Shown in pieces: positions 42,618 through 52,435 of a stretch of DNA of 64,000 bases. How positions within the stretch are numbered: the first letter of the stretch is position 1; every line of letters starts with the position of its first letter. The position numbers and the translations under genes were made by a program. This DNA is from Nitrospinota bacterium (lineage in GTDB: Bacteria > Nitrospinota_A > UBA7883 > JACRGQ01): assembly GCA_029881495.1 (NCBI GenBank), contig JAOUMJ010000005.1, positions 9,042-73,041 of the forward strand, given 5' to 3'. Under the pieces are notes generated by a model that was not told the origin of the DNA, searched no databases, and saw only the letters and a list, made by a program, of their open reading frames with translations.

Positions 42618-43394
42618 TCATCCCTGCACCTCCGGGGGTGGGGGAGGCTCGGCCTTCCTGGTAGTCCTTGCGCTTGCGCGGTTCAGTTTCTTTACCGCAT
42701 CCATCGCCTTATCCCCGTCTACAAGGTCGCGCTTCAAGACCTCCTGTTTCACGACCGGCGCGATGTCCCCTATCTCTAGCCTCACTTTGGGATTGAGCTT
42801 CTTGAGTTCCTTTCTGATCTCTTTCAGCACGGAGTCACCCATGATCGCGGCCGCAATCAGGTATCGGCTCACAGCCTGCCTTTGGGCATGGAACTCTTTT
42901 AGAGATGAGTTACCCCGCCCCTCTTTCGAAAGGAGGTAAAGGCTTTCTATATCGTCCGTTTTTCTGTGGTTCATCTCAAGGAGATTGAAGGAGAGCACGA
43001 TCTCCTTGTCGATAGGCTGGGCGAATTTGATTTTATATATAAGCCATTCGATTCCGTTTGTAAGAGCCACCCACTCGCAACCTTCGTTGGCAGCGTAATC
43101 GACCGACTGTTTTGTATGCTTGTCTTTGAGGTCGAGGCCGATGGCTTTTACTTCTATGAGCAGGAGAAGCCTGTTCTTTACCTTGATGGCAAGATCGCAG
43201 TACGTTCCCCTGATGGCATATTCGGATGTGATGTCGCTGTATTTGTCGTAGCCGAACAGATCCTCTAGCAGGTCTTTGATGATGGTTACGGTATCAGCTT
43301 CGTTTATGTCTCGCTCCTTTGCAGACGCAAGAATAGACTGATAATTTTTTAACTTTTTACTGATACGCTCGACGACCCTTTTCGGAACAGCCAT
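42618..43394 (-). CDS. HsdR_N-type PD-(D/E)xK nuclease-fold protein (stand-alone)
   Basis: SEYAIRGTYCDLAIKVKNRLLLLIEVKAIGLDL...ANEGCEWVALTNGIEWLIYK has the E...D...E-V-K layout of type I restriction HsdR N-terminal domain proteins. Confidence 0.6.
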   Translation of the reverse strand: MAVPKRVVERISKKLKNYQSILASAKERDINEADTVTIIKDLLEDLFGYDKYSDITSEYAIRGTYCDLAIKVKNRLLLLIEVKAIGLDLKDKHTKQSVDYAANEGCEWVALTNGIEWLIYKIKFAQPIDKEIVLSFNLLEMNHRKTDDIESLYLLSKEGRGNSSLKEFHAQRQAVSRYLIAAAIMGDSVLKEIRKELKKLNPKVRLEIGDIAPVVKQEVLKRDLVDGDKAMDAVKKLNRASARTTRKAEPPPPPEVQG

Positions 43395-43438
43395 GACAAC
43401 ACACCCTCTCTAACTCTGATTAATTCATCTCCACTTAT

Positions 43439-43519
43439 TCACCTGGTGAACAGGATGACCGCGAGAAGTTGTAATACAACGAACCCGACCAGGTATAGAA
43501 GAGCGTCAGCCATGCTCAT
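43439..43519 (-). CDS. Possible 26-aa hydrophobic peptide upstream of the nuclease gene
   Basis: Own translation: MSMADALLYLVGFVVLQLLAVILFTR. SD agaggtgg. Confidence 0.2.
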   Translation of the reverse strand: MSMADALLYLVGFVVLQLLAVILFTR

Positions 43520-43720
43520 GAGCCACCTCTTCGCGACCGCTGCCACTGTCAGGATCATCCACGATAAACCCCCTCAAAAAAACTGGTTAACTCCAATATA
43601 CCGAAAGGGAGAAAAATTGCAAACTTTTTAACCGCCTCCTCTGCTTCCATCTATACCGCATCAGGAAAAACAAATGAACTGTCAGCTTCCTCCGCAAATA
43701 CATATCCGGGGCGGCTGAAT

Positions 43721-43743
43721 GGGCAACGAGTTTGCCCCTTTTT
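43721..43743 (+). terminator. Terminator-like hairpin near the prophage end
   Basis: GGGCAA-cgagt-TTGCCC followed by CTTTTT. No plus-strand gene lies upstream. Confidence 0.3.
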
Positions 43744-43771
43744 GCCCTGCTTTTCAGGGGAGAAAATATGC

Positions 43772-43793
43772 TCCCAGCCAACACCCAGCCAAC
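43772..43793 (+). repeat. Arm-type repeat, right copy
   Basis: Identical to 762-783. Lies 57 bp inside the right core. Confidence 0.7.
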
Positions 43794-43849
43794 GAAAAAT
43801 CACCGAATAAAAGAAAGGGAATCATTGATATATAAGGAGTTAAGGGGAT

Positions 43850-43883
43850 TAAAATGGTCGGGGCGGCAGGATTCGAACCTGCG
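43850..43883. repeat. att core copy within the intact tRNA-Pro (proximal junction)
   Basis: Identical to 657-690. Confidence 0.9.
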
Positions 43884-43932
43884 GCCCCCTGGTCCCAAAC
43901 CAGGTACGCTAGCCAGACTGCGCTACGCCCCG
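43855..43932 (-). tRNA. tRNA-Pro (anticodon UGG), CCA encoded
   Basis: Reverse complement folds by hand into a cloverleaf: CGGGGCG-TA-GCGC-AGTCTGGCTA-GCGT-A-CCTGG-TTTGGGA-CCAGG-GGGCC-GCAGG-TTCGAAT-CCTGC-CGCCCCG-A-CCA. The anticodon loop is UU-UGG-GA, with G37. Confidence 0.9.
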
Positions 43933-44013
43933 AACTTAACGAAGCTATTGATACTACCCTTGCCAGCGACCCTAATCAATAACAAAGTGATTGTTAATAG
44001 TTTCAGCTCAGCT

Positions 44014-44763
44014 CTAGTATTTCCTGCCGTCGACGCGTCCTGATATCCTTTTATTCAGCATCCTGATAAGTCCATAAAAGAGGTTGAATTCGCTTTCAGT
44101 CATATTGGCCCTTTCAAAAACGTCTCTCATCTTCAGTTCGATAGAGGGCATCTCAAATCCGATCGCCTCTGCTACCGACAAGAATTCCTCTATAAACATC
44201 CCGCTTTTCTCTTTTGGAAGATGAATAGTATCGCCCACTCCTTCTCTCGCTGTCTCCCCGGCTTGTGCCATCGCTTCAATTTTTATTTGCAATGCAACCA
44301 TGCAGACCGATTGAGCGAGATTGACTGATGGGAACTCCGGTTCGACAGGGAGCCGGATAACGCCATTCGCTTTGTCGGTTTCATCCCTTGAGAGCCCGTA
44401 TTTTTCGGAACCGAAGAGTATAGCTACCCTGTTGGTTTTTGCAGTCGAGACGATTCTCCTCGCCCCTTCAACCAGGCTTAATGCTGTTTCCTGCTTCATG
44501 CGGTGGGAAGTGGCGAATGTCAGGTGATATGAGGATATCGCATCGGTTATAGATTCATGGATATCTGCCGATTCAATCATCTCTTCAGTGCCGTGGGCCA
44601 TCCTGATGGCCGAAATGTGCATGTACTCCGTCGGATTTACCAGATGCAACCGGGTAAATCCCAGGTTCTTCATCAGACGTCCTGCGGAGCCGATATTCCC
44701 AGAGTGGCGCGTCCGGTCGAGGATTATCCCGATGTTTCCCAATATCTTCAATATATCTTCCAT
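44014..44763 (-). CDS. trmJ: SpoU/TrmH-class RNA 2'-O-methyltransferase, TrmJ-like
   Basis: IILDRTRHSGNIGSAGRLMKNLGFTRLHLVNP...VAILFGSEKYGLSRDE...EFPSVNLAQSV parallels E. coli TrmJ. Confidence 0.8.
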   Translation of the reverse strand: MEDILKILGNIGIILDRTRHSGNIGSAGRLMKNLGFTRLHLVNPTEYMHISAIRMAHGTEEMIESADIHESITDAISSYHLTFATSHRMKQETALSLVEGARRIVSTAKTNRVAILFGSEKYGLSRDETDKANGVIRLPVEPEFPSVNLAQSVCMVALQIKIEAMAQAGETAREGVGDTIHLPKEKSGMFIEEFLSVAEAIGFEMPSIELKMRDVFERANMTESEFNLFYGLIRMLNKRISGRVDGRKY

Positions 44764-44857
44764 TAAGATCCCAATACGTTACTACCTGTTATTTCGCCAA
44801 TATTTGGAAATATAAAAATAATCCCCTTTCTCCTCTGGCGTTCAATAGAATTCTAGC

Positions 44858-45991
44858 ATGAAAGGTTTTCCAGGAATTTATCTTCACGTTCCATTCTGCC
44901 GTTCGAAGTGCGCCTACTGCGACTTTTCATCTTTCGCGCAAAAGGAGCCGCTTATGGAACCGTATGCGGACTCGGTTATAAAGGAGATCTCCGCAGCACA
45001 AGATTTCACCCCTTCGACGATCTATATAGGGGGAGGTACCCCATCTTTTCTTCCTGCAAATCTACTGGAAAGAATATTCAATTCACTGCAAAAAAAGTAC
45101 AGCATCGCCCCGGAAATGGAGATCACCCTCGAAATGAATCCGGCAGGCGGGAGCGCAGAGTATCTGAAGGAGTTGCGAAGGCTCGGTATAAACAGGCTGA
45201 GCATAGGGGTGCAGAGTTTCAGTAGCGAAAAGTTGAAAAAAATTGGTAGGGATGCCGACCCGTCAGACGCATACACTTCTTTTGATAACGCAAGAAGCGC
45301 CGGATTTGAAAATATTTCAGCGGATATCATCTACGGAGCGCCAGGGGAGGGGATGGGGGAAGTCTTGTCCGACATCGAAAAAGTTGTTGAGTTGAATCCC
45401 GAACATATTTCCGCCTATCAGCTCACTTATACAGAGGGGACGCCAATCTACGAAGCGAAAAGGAGAGGGGAGATTTCACCAATCGATGAAGAGGGAGAAG
45501 CCGATATCTATGGTGAGGTTTCCCGGTTACTGATATCCAAAGGTTACCGGCATTATGAGATATCAAATTACTCGAAGGCCGGGATGGAATCTTTACACAA
45601 CACCGGATACTGGATGGGGGATGACTACCGCGGATTTGGAAGCTCGGCACACTCCTTTATAGGAGGTGAGAGATTCGAGAATATCGCAAAGCCTGAAACC
45701 TATATTGAAACGGTATCAAGGGGAGGGAACCCCTCAAAAAAGATAATTGAAGACGATAAGGAGAGATTCGCGAACTATCTTCTGATGAGGTTAAGGCTCA
45801 TAGGGGATGAGATCACCTTTCGGGAAATTGATACCAGTTTCGGCGGAAGTTTTCGGGAAAAATTCAAAATCCCCCTTCATCTCTTGGAAAATCAAGGGCT
45901 TATACTAGTGTCTCAAACCGGATTTCAGCTGACAGAAAAAGGTCTGTTTTTGTTAAACTTTATCTTGTTGGAGTTCATAAAAGTGTTATAA
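44858..45991 (+). CDS. hemW: Radical SAM haem chaperone HemW (HemN-like)
   Basis: IYLHVPFCRSKCAYCDFSS (CxxxCxxC), GGGTPS, HemN C-terminal domain layout. Confidence 0.85.
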   Translation: MKGFPGIYLHVPFCRSKCAYCDFSSFAQKEPLMEPYADSVIKEISAAQDFTPSTIYIGGGTPSFLPANLLERIFNSLQKKYSIAPEMEITLEMNPAGGSAEYLKELRRLGINRLSIGVQSFSSEKLKKIGRDADPSDAYTSFDNARSAGFENISADIIYGAPGEGMGEVLSDIEKVVELNPEHISAYQLTYTEGTPIYEAKRRGEISPIDEEGEADIYGEVSRLLISKGYRHYEISNYSKAGMESLHNTGYWMGDDYRGFGSSAHSFIGGERFENIAKPETYIETVSRGGNPSKKIIEDDKERFANYLLMRLRLIGDEITFREIDTSFGGSFREKFKIPLHLLENQGLILVSQTGFQLTEKGLFLLNFILLEFIKVL

Positions 45992-46022
45992 AATGCACTC
46001 CGAACATGGGAGAAAATAACAA

Positions 46023-47501
46023 ATGACTGATCCGCGTCTAAAAGTTTTTAAACATATATCCGATATCGTCGGTTCTGTAATAGATATTGATAATCTTTTC
46101 GACGTTATTCTGGTTACCGCTACCAAGATAATGAATGCCAAAGCGAGCTCATTACTCCTCAAGGATGAGCTGACCGGCAAGCTCTTTTTCCACATCGCCA
46201 CAGGTGACAAGAAGGATGAGGTTCGCAGGTATGAGCTTGAAAAAGGGGAAGGTCTCGCAGGGTGGGTAGCCGAGAACGGACAGCCGATACTTGTACCTAA
46301 TGTAAAAGAGGATCCACGCTGGAGCAGCAAAATTGCGGAGGAGACCAGTTTTGAAACCAACTCCATAGCATGCTCCCCGATGAAGGTCGATAACAGGATA
46401 CTAGGCGTTATCGAGATCATCGACCATGAGGATGGAAGCGTGCTTGATAGCAACGATCTGGAAATGCTGAACGCCTTCAGCGAACTCTCCGCCGCCCTTA
46501 TATTGAAGGCGAGGGTCTATTCATCCGTAAAAAGTCAGGCTACCCGTTTGAAAAAGGAGCTCGACCAGAAATTTACAATAATCGGCGACAGCCCAATTAT
46601 GAAGAAAGTCATGTCCGACTGTGCGAAGGTGGCGCATTCAAAGGCAACTGTGATGGTTACCGGTAACAGCGGAACAGGGAAGGAACTGATAGCAAGGTAT
46701 ATTCATGACTCGAGCCCCCGGAGCGAAAATCCGTTCATTGCCGTAAACTGCGCCGCGCTTGTTGAGACACTCCTCGAAAGCGAGCTTTTCGGCCATGAGA
46801 AAGGATCCTTCACCGGAGCGGACTCGAAAAAGGCCGGCCTTTTCGAAGCGGCGAACGGCGGGACTATATTCCTTGATGAAATAGGCGAAACGTCGCCGAA
46901 CATGCAGATAAAACTTCTTCGTGTATTGCAGGAGGGGGCGTTCAACCGCGTTGGAGGGCTGGCGACGATAAATGTCGATGTGCGCGTCATTGCGGCAACG
47001 AACCGCGACCTTGAGGAAGAGGTCAAAGCGGGAAAATTCCGTGAGGATCTTTACTACCGCCTTAATGTCGTGCGGGTGAAGATGCCGGATCTAAAGGAGC
47101 GTAAGGACGATATACCGCTCCTTGTTTCACACTTTATCCAGAAGTTCCGCAAGAACTCAAAATACGAAGCTGAAGGGATTTCAACCGATGCGATGGAAGT
47201 GCTGAAGAAATATCATTGGCCTGGCAACGTAAGGCAACTTGAGAATGTGGTAGAACGCGCTCTCATAATGGGGAGCGGGAAAGAGATAAAACCTGCCGAC
47301 CTTCCGTTTGAGATATTCGAACAGGGTGAAGGGAAGGTAGAGGTCGGCATTTCTCTAAAGGATGCCCAGGACAATTTCAAGCGTGAGTTCATAAGGCGTA
47401 CGCTCGACAGCACCGGCGGAAGCAAGACGAAGGCGGCGCAGTTGCTCGACATACAGCGCACCTACCTCTCGCGCCTCATCAAGGAACTCGGCATCGAATA
47501 A
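46023..47501 (+). CDS. Sigma54-dependent transcriptional activator with N-terminal GAF domain
   Basis: GAF-like N-terminus. Walker [19 protein letters not shown] (GAFTGA variant), C-terminal Fis-type [20 protein letters not shown]. Confidence 0.9.
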   Translation: MTDPRLKVFKHISDIVGSVIDIDNLFDVILVTATKIMNAKASSLLLKDELTGKLFFHIATGDKKDEVRRYELEKGEGLAGWVAENGQPILVPNVKEDPRWSSKIAEETSFETNSIACSPMKVDNRILGVIEIIDHEDGSVLDSNDLEMLNAFSELSAALILKARVYSSVKSQATRLKKELDQKFTIIGDSPIMKKVMSDCAKVAHSKATVMVTGNSGTGKELIARYIHDSSPRSENPFIAVNCAALVETLLESELFGHEKGSFTGADSKKAGLFEAANGGTIFLDEIGETSPNMQIKLLRVLQEGAFNRVGGLATINVDVRVIAATNRDLEEEVKAGKFREDLYYRLNVVRVKMPDLKERKDDIPLLVSHFIQKFRKNSKYEAEGISTDAMEVLKKYHWPGNVRQLENVVERALIMGSGKEIKPADLPFEIFEQGEGKVEVGISLKDAQDNFKREFIRRTLDSTGGSKTKAAQLLDIQRTYLSRLIKELGIE

Positions 47502-47621
47502 CCTTGCTAGCATACCCGCCTATCTCTTATCCCCGTATGATCTTCCTGTAACAGGCATTTCCCTGCTTTGGGCTTCATCCTTGAATAGCAAGAAGTAGTG
47601 GGAGAGGGTAGCAAAAGAGAG

Positions 47622-49028
47622 TTAAACGGTTCTCCGTTTTACACTGCCGCTTCCGGTTTCGAGCTCCGATCTCATCTTCTCGAAACCTTCGCGCCCCATC
47701 ATGGCGTATGTATATTTTTTTCCGAATTCCACTCCGGGCTGGTCGAACGGGTCGATGCCGTAAAGCCCACCGGCGTATGCTGTCGCCGCTTCGAGCATGA
47801 ACATAAGCTGTCCAAGGGTATGAGCATTCAATTCCGGTAACTTTATTGTCATGCTGGGGCGGTTGTGAGTAGTCAGGGCGTATTCGGTCCCTTCCATCTC
47901 CGTTTTGATAAGTTTGTTGAGGCTCTTTCCGGCTAGATATTTCAGAGGCGCCTTATCTTCGAACACTTCAGGTATGACGACCTCTTTTGAAAAATTTTCA
48001 ATCTCAAGGAATACGAACATCTTGTCGTTCGGCCCTTCTACATAAAGCTGCACCTGCGAGTGCTGGTCGGTCACTCCGAGCGCCTTTATCGGCGTCTGTC
48101 CGGTATTGACCTGCTTTCCCTGAAGGTCTTTCGCTTTGCCGAGGCTTTCGGCCCAGAGTTGCCGGAACCAATCGGCAACGCCGTACAGTTTAGTGGAATA
48201 GGGCATCATGACGGTTGATGATTTACCTTTCCTTACATCGGCGAGGTAGTGGAGTGCGCCTAAAATGTACGCCGGATTTTCGTTGAACTTTTCGGAAGAG
48301 CATCGCTCCGCCATCCGTGAGGCCCCATCAAGGAGGAGGTTGATATCGATCCCGGCGCAAGCGAGCGGGAGGAGGCCGACCGGAGTGAATACTGAGAAGC
48401 GACCCCCAACGTTTGCCGGTATCTCGAACGACTCCAGCCCGAATTCGTCCACTATCTCGCGCAGTATCCCGTTCTTCGCGTCGGTAGTGATCACCACCCT
48501 TTTTTTCCACTTCCCTTTCAGCTTTGATCTCAAAAGATCGAAAACCACCATGAATTGGCTCATCGTCTCGGCAGTCGTCCCCGACTTTGATATTACGTTG
48601 TATATTGTCTTCTTCGGATCGGCGATGGAGAGGACTTCATCGAACCAGTCTGGATCAATATTGTCGGCAACGAAGAGCCGCGGAAAACCTTTTCTTTTGT
48701 TTCGCGCAAGGAGATTATAGAAGGATGGATTTAGAGCGGATTGAACCGCTGACGCGCCTAGAGCAGAGCCCCCTATGCCGAGAACGACCAGGTTTTCGTA
48801 CTTCTCCCGTATTTTCCGCGCGAATTTTATGAGAGGAGCAGTGTCGTTTGATGCAAGGTCGAAGAACCCAATTGTGCCGTTCGTGCGCAGCTCATTCAAA
48901 CGAGAGTGTACTGCGGGGGTTTTTGCGACAGCTTCTGTAATTTCCTTTTCAGATATGCCATGTTCGCCACCAATTGCCTTTTCCAGCATATTGGTATAGT
49001 CGACAAGGATATCCCTTGAATTGATCAT
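47622..49028 (-). CDS. pgi: Glucose-6-phosphate isomerase
   Basis: LGIGGSALGA, VISKSGTTAET, AESLGK, GIDPFDQPGVE. Confidence 0.9.
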   Translation of the reverse strand: MINSRDILVDYTNMLEKAIGGEHGISEKEITEAVAKTPAVHSRLNELRTNGTIGFFDLASNDTAPLIKFARKIREKYENLVVLGIGGSALGASAVQSALNPSFYNLLARNKRKGFPRLFVADNIDPDWFDEVLSIADPKKTIYNVISKSGTTAETMSQFMVVFDLLRSKLKGKWKKRVVITTDAKNGILREIVDEFGLESFEIPANVGGRFSVFTPVGLLPLACAGIDINLLLDGASRMAERCSSEKFNENPAYILGALHYLADVRKGKSSTVMMPYSTKLYGVADWFRQLWAESLGKAKDLQGKQVNTGQTPIKALGVTDQHSQVQLYVEGPNDKMFVFLEIENFSKEVVIPEVFEDKAPLKYLAGKSLNKLIKTEMEGTEYALTTHNRPSMTIKLPELNAHTLGQLMFMLEAATAYAGGLYGIDPFDQPGVEFGKKYTYAMMGREGFEKMRSELETGSGSVKRRTV

Positions 49029-49262
49029 GGCTTATCTTACCCATCCTGTTTGGCAAATGGGAGTAAAAAGAAGCGCGTGGTATCCTCGGTTTTTCTTGAA
49101 AATCAAGTTTGACCAAACTATAATGAGCGGAAACCCGGTAAATGATTTACGATGTCTTTTTCAGGTTATTTCAAAATTGGCTTGCCGCGCAATTAGAGTT
49201 TAGAGTTAATTATCAGGCGATATACTCCTTCAACCGGATAAGAGAGAACAGGTTATAAACAG

Positions 49263-50669
49263 ATGCCCCCTCAAGAGACGATAACTGAAACAAGCCTCCC
49301 GGCGAACGAAACCATACATCTGTTGCTGGTGGACGACGACCACGACATACTTTCCACCCAGGCTGAATATTTCAGAATGCACGGGATAAATGTTTCAACC
49401 GCGTCCACGGCAGTTGAGGCGCTCAAATCCAATGAAAAGGGGAGCTACGATGTAATCATTACCGACATGGTGATGCCGGGTATGGACGGGCTGGAACTCC
49501 TAAAAAAGCTGAACGCCACCAACGCAAAGGCGGAAGTCATCATATTTACAGGCTTTGGTACTGTCGAATCGGCGATCGAGGCAATTAGGGAAGGGGCATA
49601 CAGCTACCTCCTGAAGCCTTTAAAGGTCGACAGGCTTCTCCTGGAAGTTCAGAAAGCGGCAAGAACAAGCAAGCTGAGGTCGGAAAATTTCATTTTAAAG
49701 CACTCCGATGTATACAAGGATCCCACATTTTATGAATTCAAAAGTTCTCGAATGGGAGTGGCCCTGGAGCAGCTGAAGATTGCCGCATCAAGCGAATCGG
49801 CAATTCTGCTTCTTGGTGAAAGCGGCGTGGGGAAGGAAGTAGCCGCTAACTTCATTCACAAAGCCAGCAAAAGGAGTGCAAATACCTTCATAAAGGTACA
49901 TTGCGCGTCACTTTCACCCGGTGTGCTTGAGAGCGAGCTGTTCGGCCACGAGAAAGGCTCCTTTACAGGGGCGGTGGCGGAAAGAAAGGGGCGTTTTGAG
50001 CTTGCAAACGGAGGGACAATATTTCTCGACGAGATCAGCACGATCTCAATGGAAATACAGATAAAGCTGTTGCGCGTACTTCAGGAAAAACAGGTGGAAC
50101 GGGTTGGCGGTTCGAAAACCATTAATGTCGATTTCCGCCTTATTACAGCATCAAACCAAAATCTTCAGATGCTCGTTAAGGAAGGGAAGTTCAGGGACGA
50201 CCTGTATTACAGAATAGGGGTGATACCGGTAGACGTTCCACCATTGCGGGAGATGAAAGACGATATCCCAAGTCTGGCGGCCTTTTTTATGCGGAAGTTC
50301 TGCAACGTAACCGGGAAGATGCCGCTTGATATTTCCGCACAGGCCTTAAACGATCTGGCGAACTATTCGTGGCCCGGGAACATAAGGGAACTGCAGAATG
50401 TGATCGAGCGGGCGGTAGTTCTCGACAGGGATGGCATTATTGAACATAACGATCTGCCGTTGGAGATCACCCGTCTAGGGGGTAATGGCAATGCGGTTTT
50501 AAACGGCGACCATAAATTAAAGGACGTTATGGGAAACTTCGAGAAGGAATACATCGCTCAGGTTCTTTCCTCAAACGGATACAACGTAACGAAGACGGCC
50601 AAACTCCTGGATATTTCAAGAAGGAACCTTCAGCAGAAGATCAGCAGGTATAATCTGAAGATGAAATGA
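49263..50669 (+). CDS. Sigma54-dependent response regulator (NtrC family: REC-AAA+-Fis)
   Basis: LLVDDDHDI...[47 protein letters not shown]. Confidence 0.9.
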   Translation: MPPQETITETSLPANETIHLLLVDDDHDILSTQAEYFRMHGINVSTASTAVEALKSNEKGSYDVIITDMVMPGMDGLELLKKLNATNAKAEVIIFTGFGTVESAIEAIREGAYSYLLKPLKVDRLLLEVQKAARTSKLRSENFILKHSDVYKDPTFYEFKSSRMGVALEQLKIAASSESAILLLGESGVGKEVAANFIHKASKRSANTFIKVHCASLSPGVLESELFGHEKGSFTGAVAERKGRFELANGGTIFLDEISTISMEIQIKLLRVLQEKQVERVGGSKTINVDFRLITASNQNLQMLVKEGKFRDDLYYRIGVIPVDVPPLREMKDDIPSLAAFFMRKFCNVTGKMPLDISAQALNDLANYSWPGNIRELQNVIERAVVLDRDGIIEHNDLPLEITRLGGNGNAVLNGDHKLKDVMGNFEKEYIAQVLSSNGYNVTKTAKLLDISRRNLQQKISRYNLKMK

Positions 50670-50729
50670 TCCTACAGTTTGGATGTTTGATCACCAAACA
50701 GGTAAGAGTTATTATGTTTTTTCTGCGCT

Positions 50730-50978
50730 TCACGAAAGAAGCGTAGCGAGGTCGGCTTCAAATTTCTCTACGCTGAAATGGTTGCCGTCAATATATTTCC
50801 CCTTGTATTCAAGGGTTGGTACAACCCTCTTTCCCCTTGCCGCAACCACGATATCCACTGCTTCGGGGTTCTCCTCAATATCGACTTCCTCAAATTCAAT
50901 ACCCTTGTTCTCAAGGAACCTTTTGGCCTTATGACAGTCCGGGCACCATCCAGTTGTGAATATCTTCAGCTTGTCCAT
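50730..50978 (-). CDS. Glutaredoxin-family small redox protein
   Basis: IFTTGWCPDCHKAKRFLENKGIEFEEVDI...VVPTL. Confidence 0.8.
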   Translation of the reverse strand: MDKLKIFTTGWCPDCHKAKRFLENKGIEFEEVDIEENPEAVDIVVAARGKRVVPTLEYKGKYIDGNHFSVEKFEADLATLLS

Positions 50979-51088
50979 CCCTTGATTATATATCCTCTTT
51001 ACCCGCTATCCATAGCGTAAATGTAAAGTATTAATTTTAAAGGCATAATTATTTGTTTTCGTCGATGTTCTTTTGATAGAATGCGTCT

Positions 51089-52045
51089 ATGAGTACATAT
51101 TTCCTCGATTTTGAAGCAAAGATTGCCGAGTTGGAGAAGAAGCTGGAAGAGCTTCGCTCACTCGGCAAGGAAAAGAAGGCCGATTTTTCCGACGAGATCA
51201 AAAAGATGCACAAAAAGATAAACCAGATGCGTGAGGAGACGTTCACGAACCTGACGCGGTGGCAAAGAACGCTCCTCGCAAGACATCCCGACCGTCCATA
51301 TGCCTACGACTACATTAGAGAGATGACAACAGGTTTTGTGGAGCTTCACGGCGACAGGTATTTTGGCGACGGACCTTCGATTGTAGGGGGCTTCGCCACG
51401 ATGGACGACAAGCCGGTGATGATCATTGGTCAGCAAAAGGGCCGGGATACCAAGGAAAAGATGTACAGGAATTTTGGTATGGCTCACCCCGAGGGTTACA
51501 GGAAAAGCCTCAGGCTCATGAAGCTCGCCGAAAAATTCAAGACACCGATTATCACTCTCATCGATACCGCAGGTGCCTATCCCGGGATCGGGGCGGAAGA
51601 GCGGGGGCAGGCGGAGGCGATCGCGAGAAATCTCCTTGAAATGGCATCGCTGAAAGTTCCGGTTATATGCGTTGTAACCGGCGAAGGGGGGAGCGGCGGA
51701 GCGCTGGCTATCGGCGTTGGCAACCGCGTGCTGATGATGGAATATTCTGTTTACTCCGTCATATCCCCTGAAGGGTGCGCGGCCATATTATGGAAAGATC
51801 AGGCGAAAATAGCCGAAGCCGCCGAGGCGCTTGCCCTAACAGCAAATGATTTGCTCCAGCAGGGGATAATAGACGAAGTTGTTCAGGAGCCTATCGGCGG
51901 AGCACATAGGGACCCTGCAGTTGCCGCACATACCCTAAGAAGGGTCCTAAGGCGCCATTTGGCTGAACTCTCCGAACTTCCGGTTAGAAAATTGGTCGAC
52001 CAGAGAAGGGAAAAATTTCGACGGATTGGTACTTTCACGGAGTAA
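51089..52045 (+). CDS. accA: Acetyl-CoA carboxylase carboxyltransferase alpha subunit
   Basis: [22 protein letters not shown]...[11 protein letters not shown]...[17 protein letters not shown]. Confidence 0.9.
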   Translation: MSTYFLDFEAKIAELEKKLEELRSLGKEKKADFSDEIKKMHKKINQMREETFTNLTRWQRTLLARHPDRPYAYDYIREMTTGFVELHGDRYFGDGPSIVGGFATMDDKPVMIIGQQKGRDTKEKMYRNFGMAHPEGYRKSLRLMKLAEKFKTPIITLIDTAGAYPGIGAEERGQAEAIARNLLEMASLKVPVICVVTGEGGSGGALAIGVGNRVLMMEYSVYSVISPEGCAAILWKDQAKIAEAAEALALTANDLLQQGIIDEVVQEPIGGAHRDPAVAAHTLRRVLRRHLAELSELPVRKLVDQRREKFRRIGTFTE

Positions 52046-52223
52046 TTGCGCTTTACCATTTCCTTCTTCTCCATATTGCCTTCATTATATATAACCGTAA
52101 GTTTCCAGCTGGAACATGCCGAATTTCCATTAAGCAGACGGCATGATGAATCAGTCAGGTGGTTCGGATGTCTGTAAACGCCATATAAAGTCTCTGCAGA
52201 AACTCAAAAATAGAAAAACTGTC

Positions 52224-52252
52224 TTGACATGACACAGTTTTTCCTCTAATTT
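52224..52252 (+). promoter_or_regulatory. Candidate sigma70 promoter of the cytochrome operon
   Basis: TTGACA-17 nt-TAATTT, about 185 nt upstream of the decahaem gene start. Confidence 0.35.
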
Positions 52253-52435
52253 CTCTCAAAGGGTATTAGTTTATTTAAACTATAGGTCAGGTTATCTAGG
52301 GGATTTTAGGGGAGATTGTATGATTTTATTATTTCCAAACAGTTCACTATCGTTCAGGCAGAACCCCCTCGTCGTTCAGCCAGGACAGATTTTGGCAGAT
52401 TTCAAATGATGGCGAGTAATAGTGGTAGGGGTTCT

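Larger units (their letters stand above)
657..43883. mobile_element. Integrated temperate tailed-phage genome (~43.2 kb) in tRNA-Pro
   Basis: A 34-bp direct repeat bounds the element (657-690 = 43850-43883). The tyrosine integrase abuts the left repeat. Lysogeny, replication, lysis, packaging, head and tail modules all lie between the repeats. Housekeeping genes lie outside them. Confidence 0.9.

Noticed and set aside
43446-43631. The 61-aa plus-strand ORF, or an sRNA ending at the 43721-43743 hairpin
   Set aside because: The ORF has a GTG start, no SD and an implausible composition. No convincing promoter was found for an sRNA. Only the hairpin itself is reported, at low confidence.
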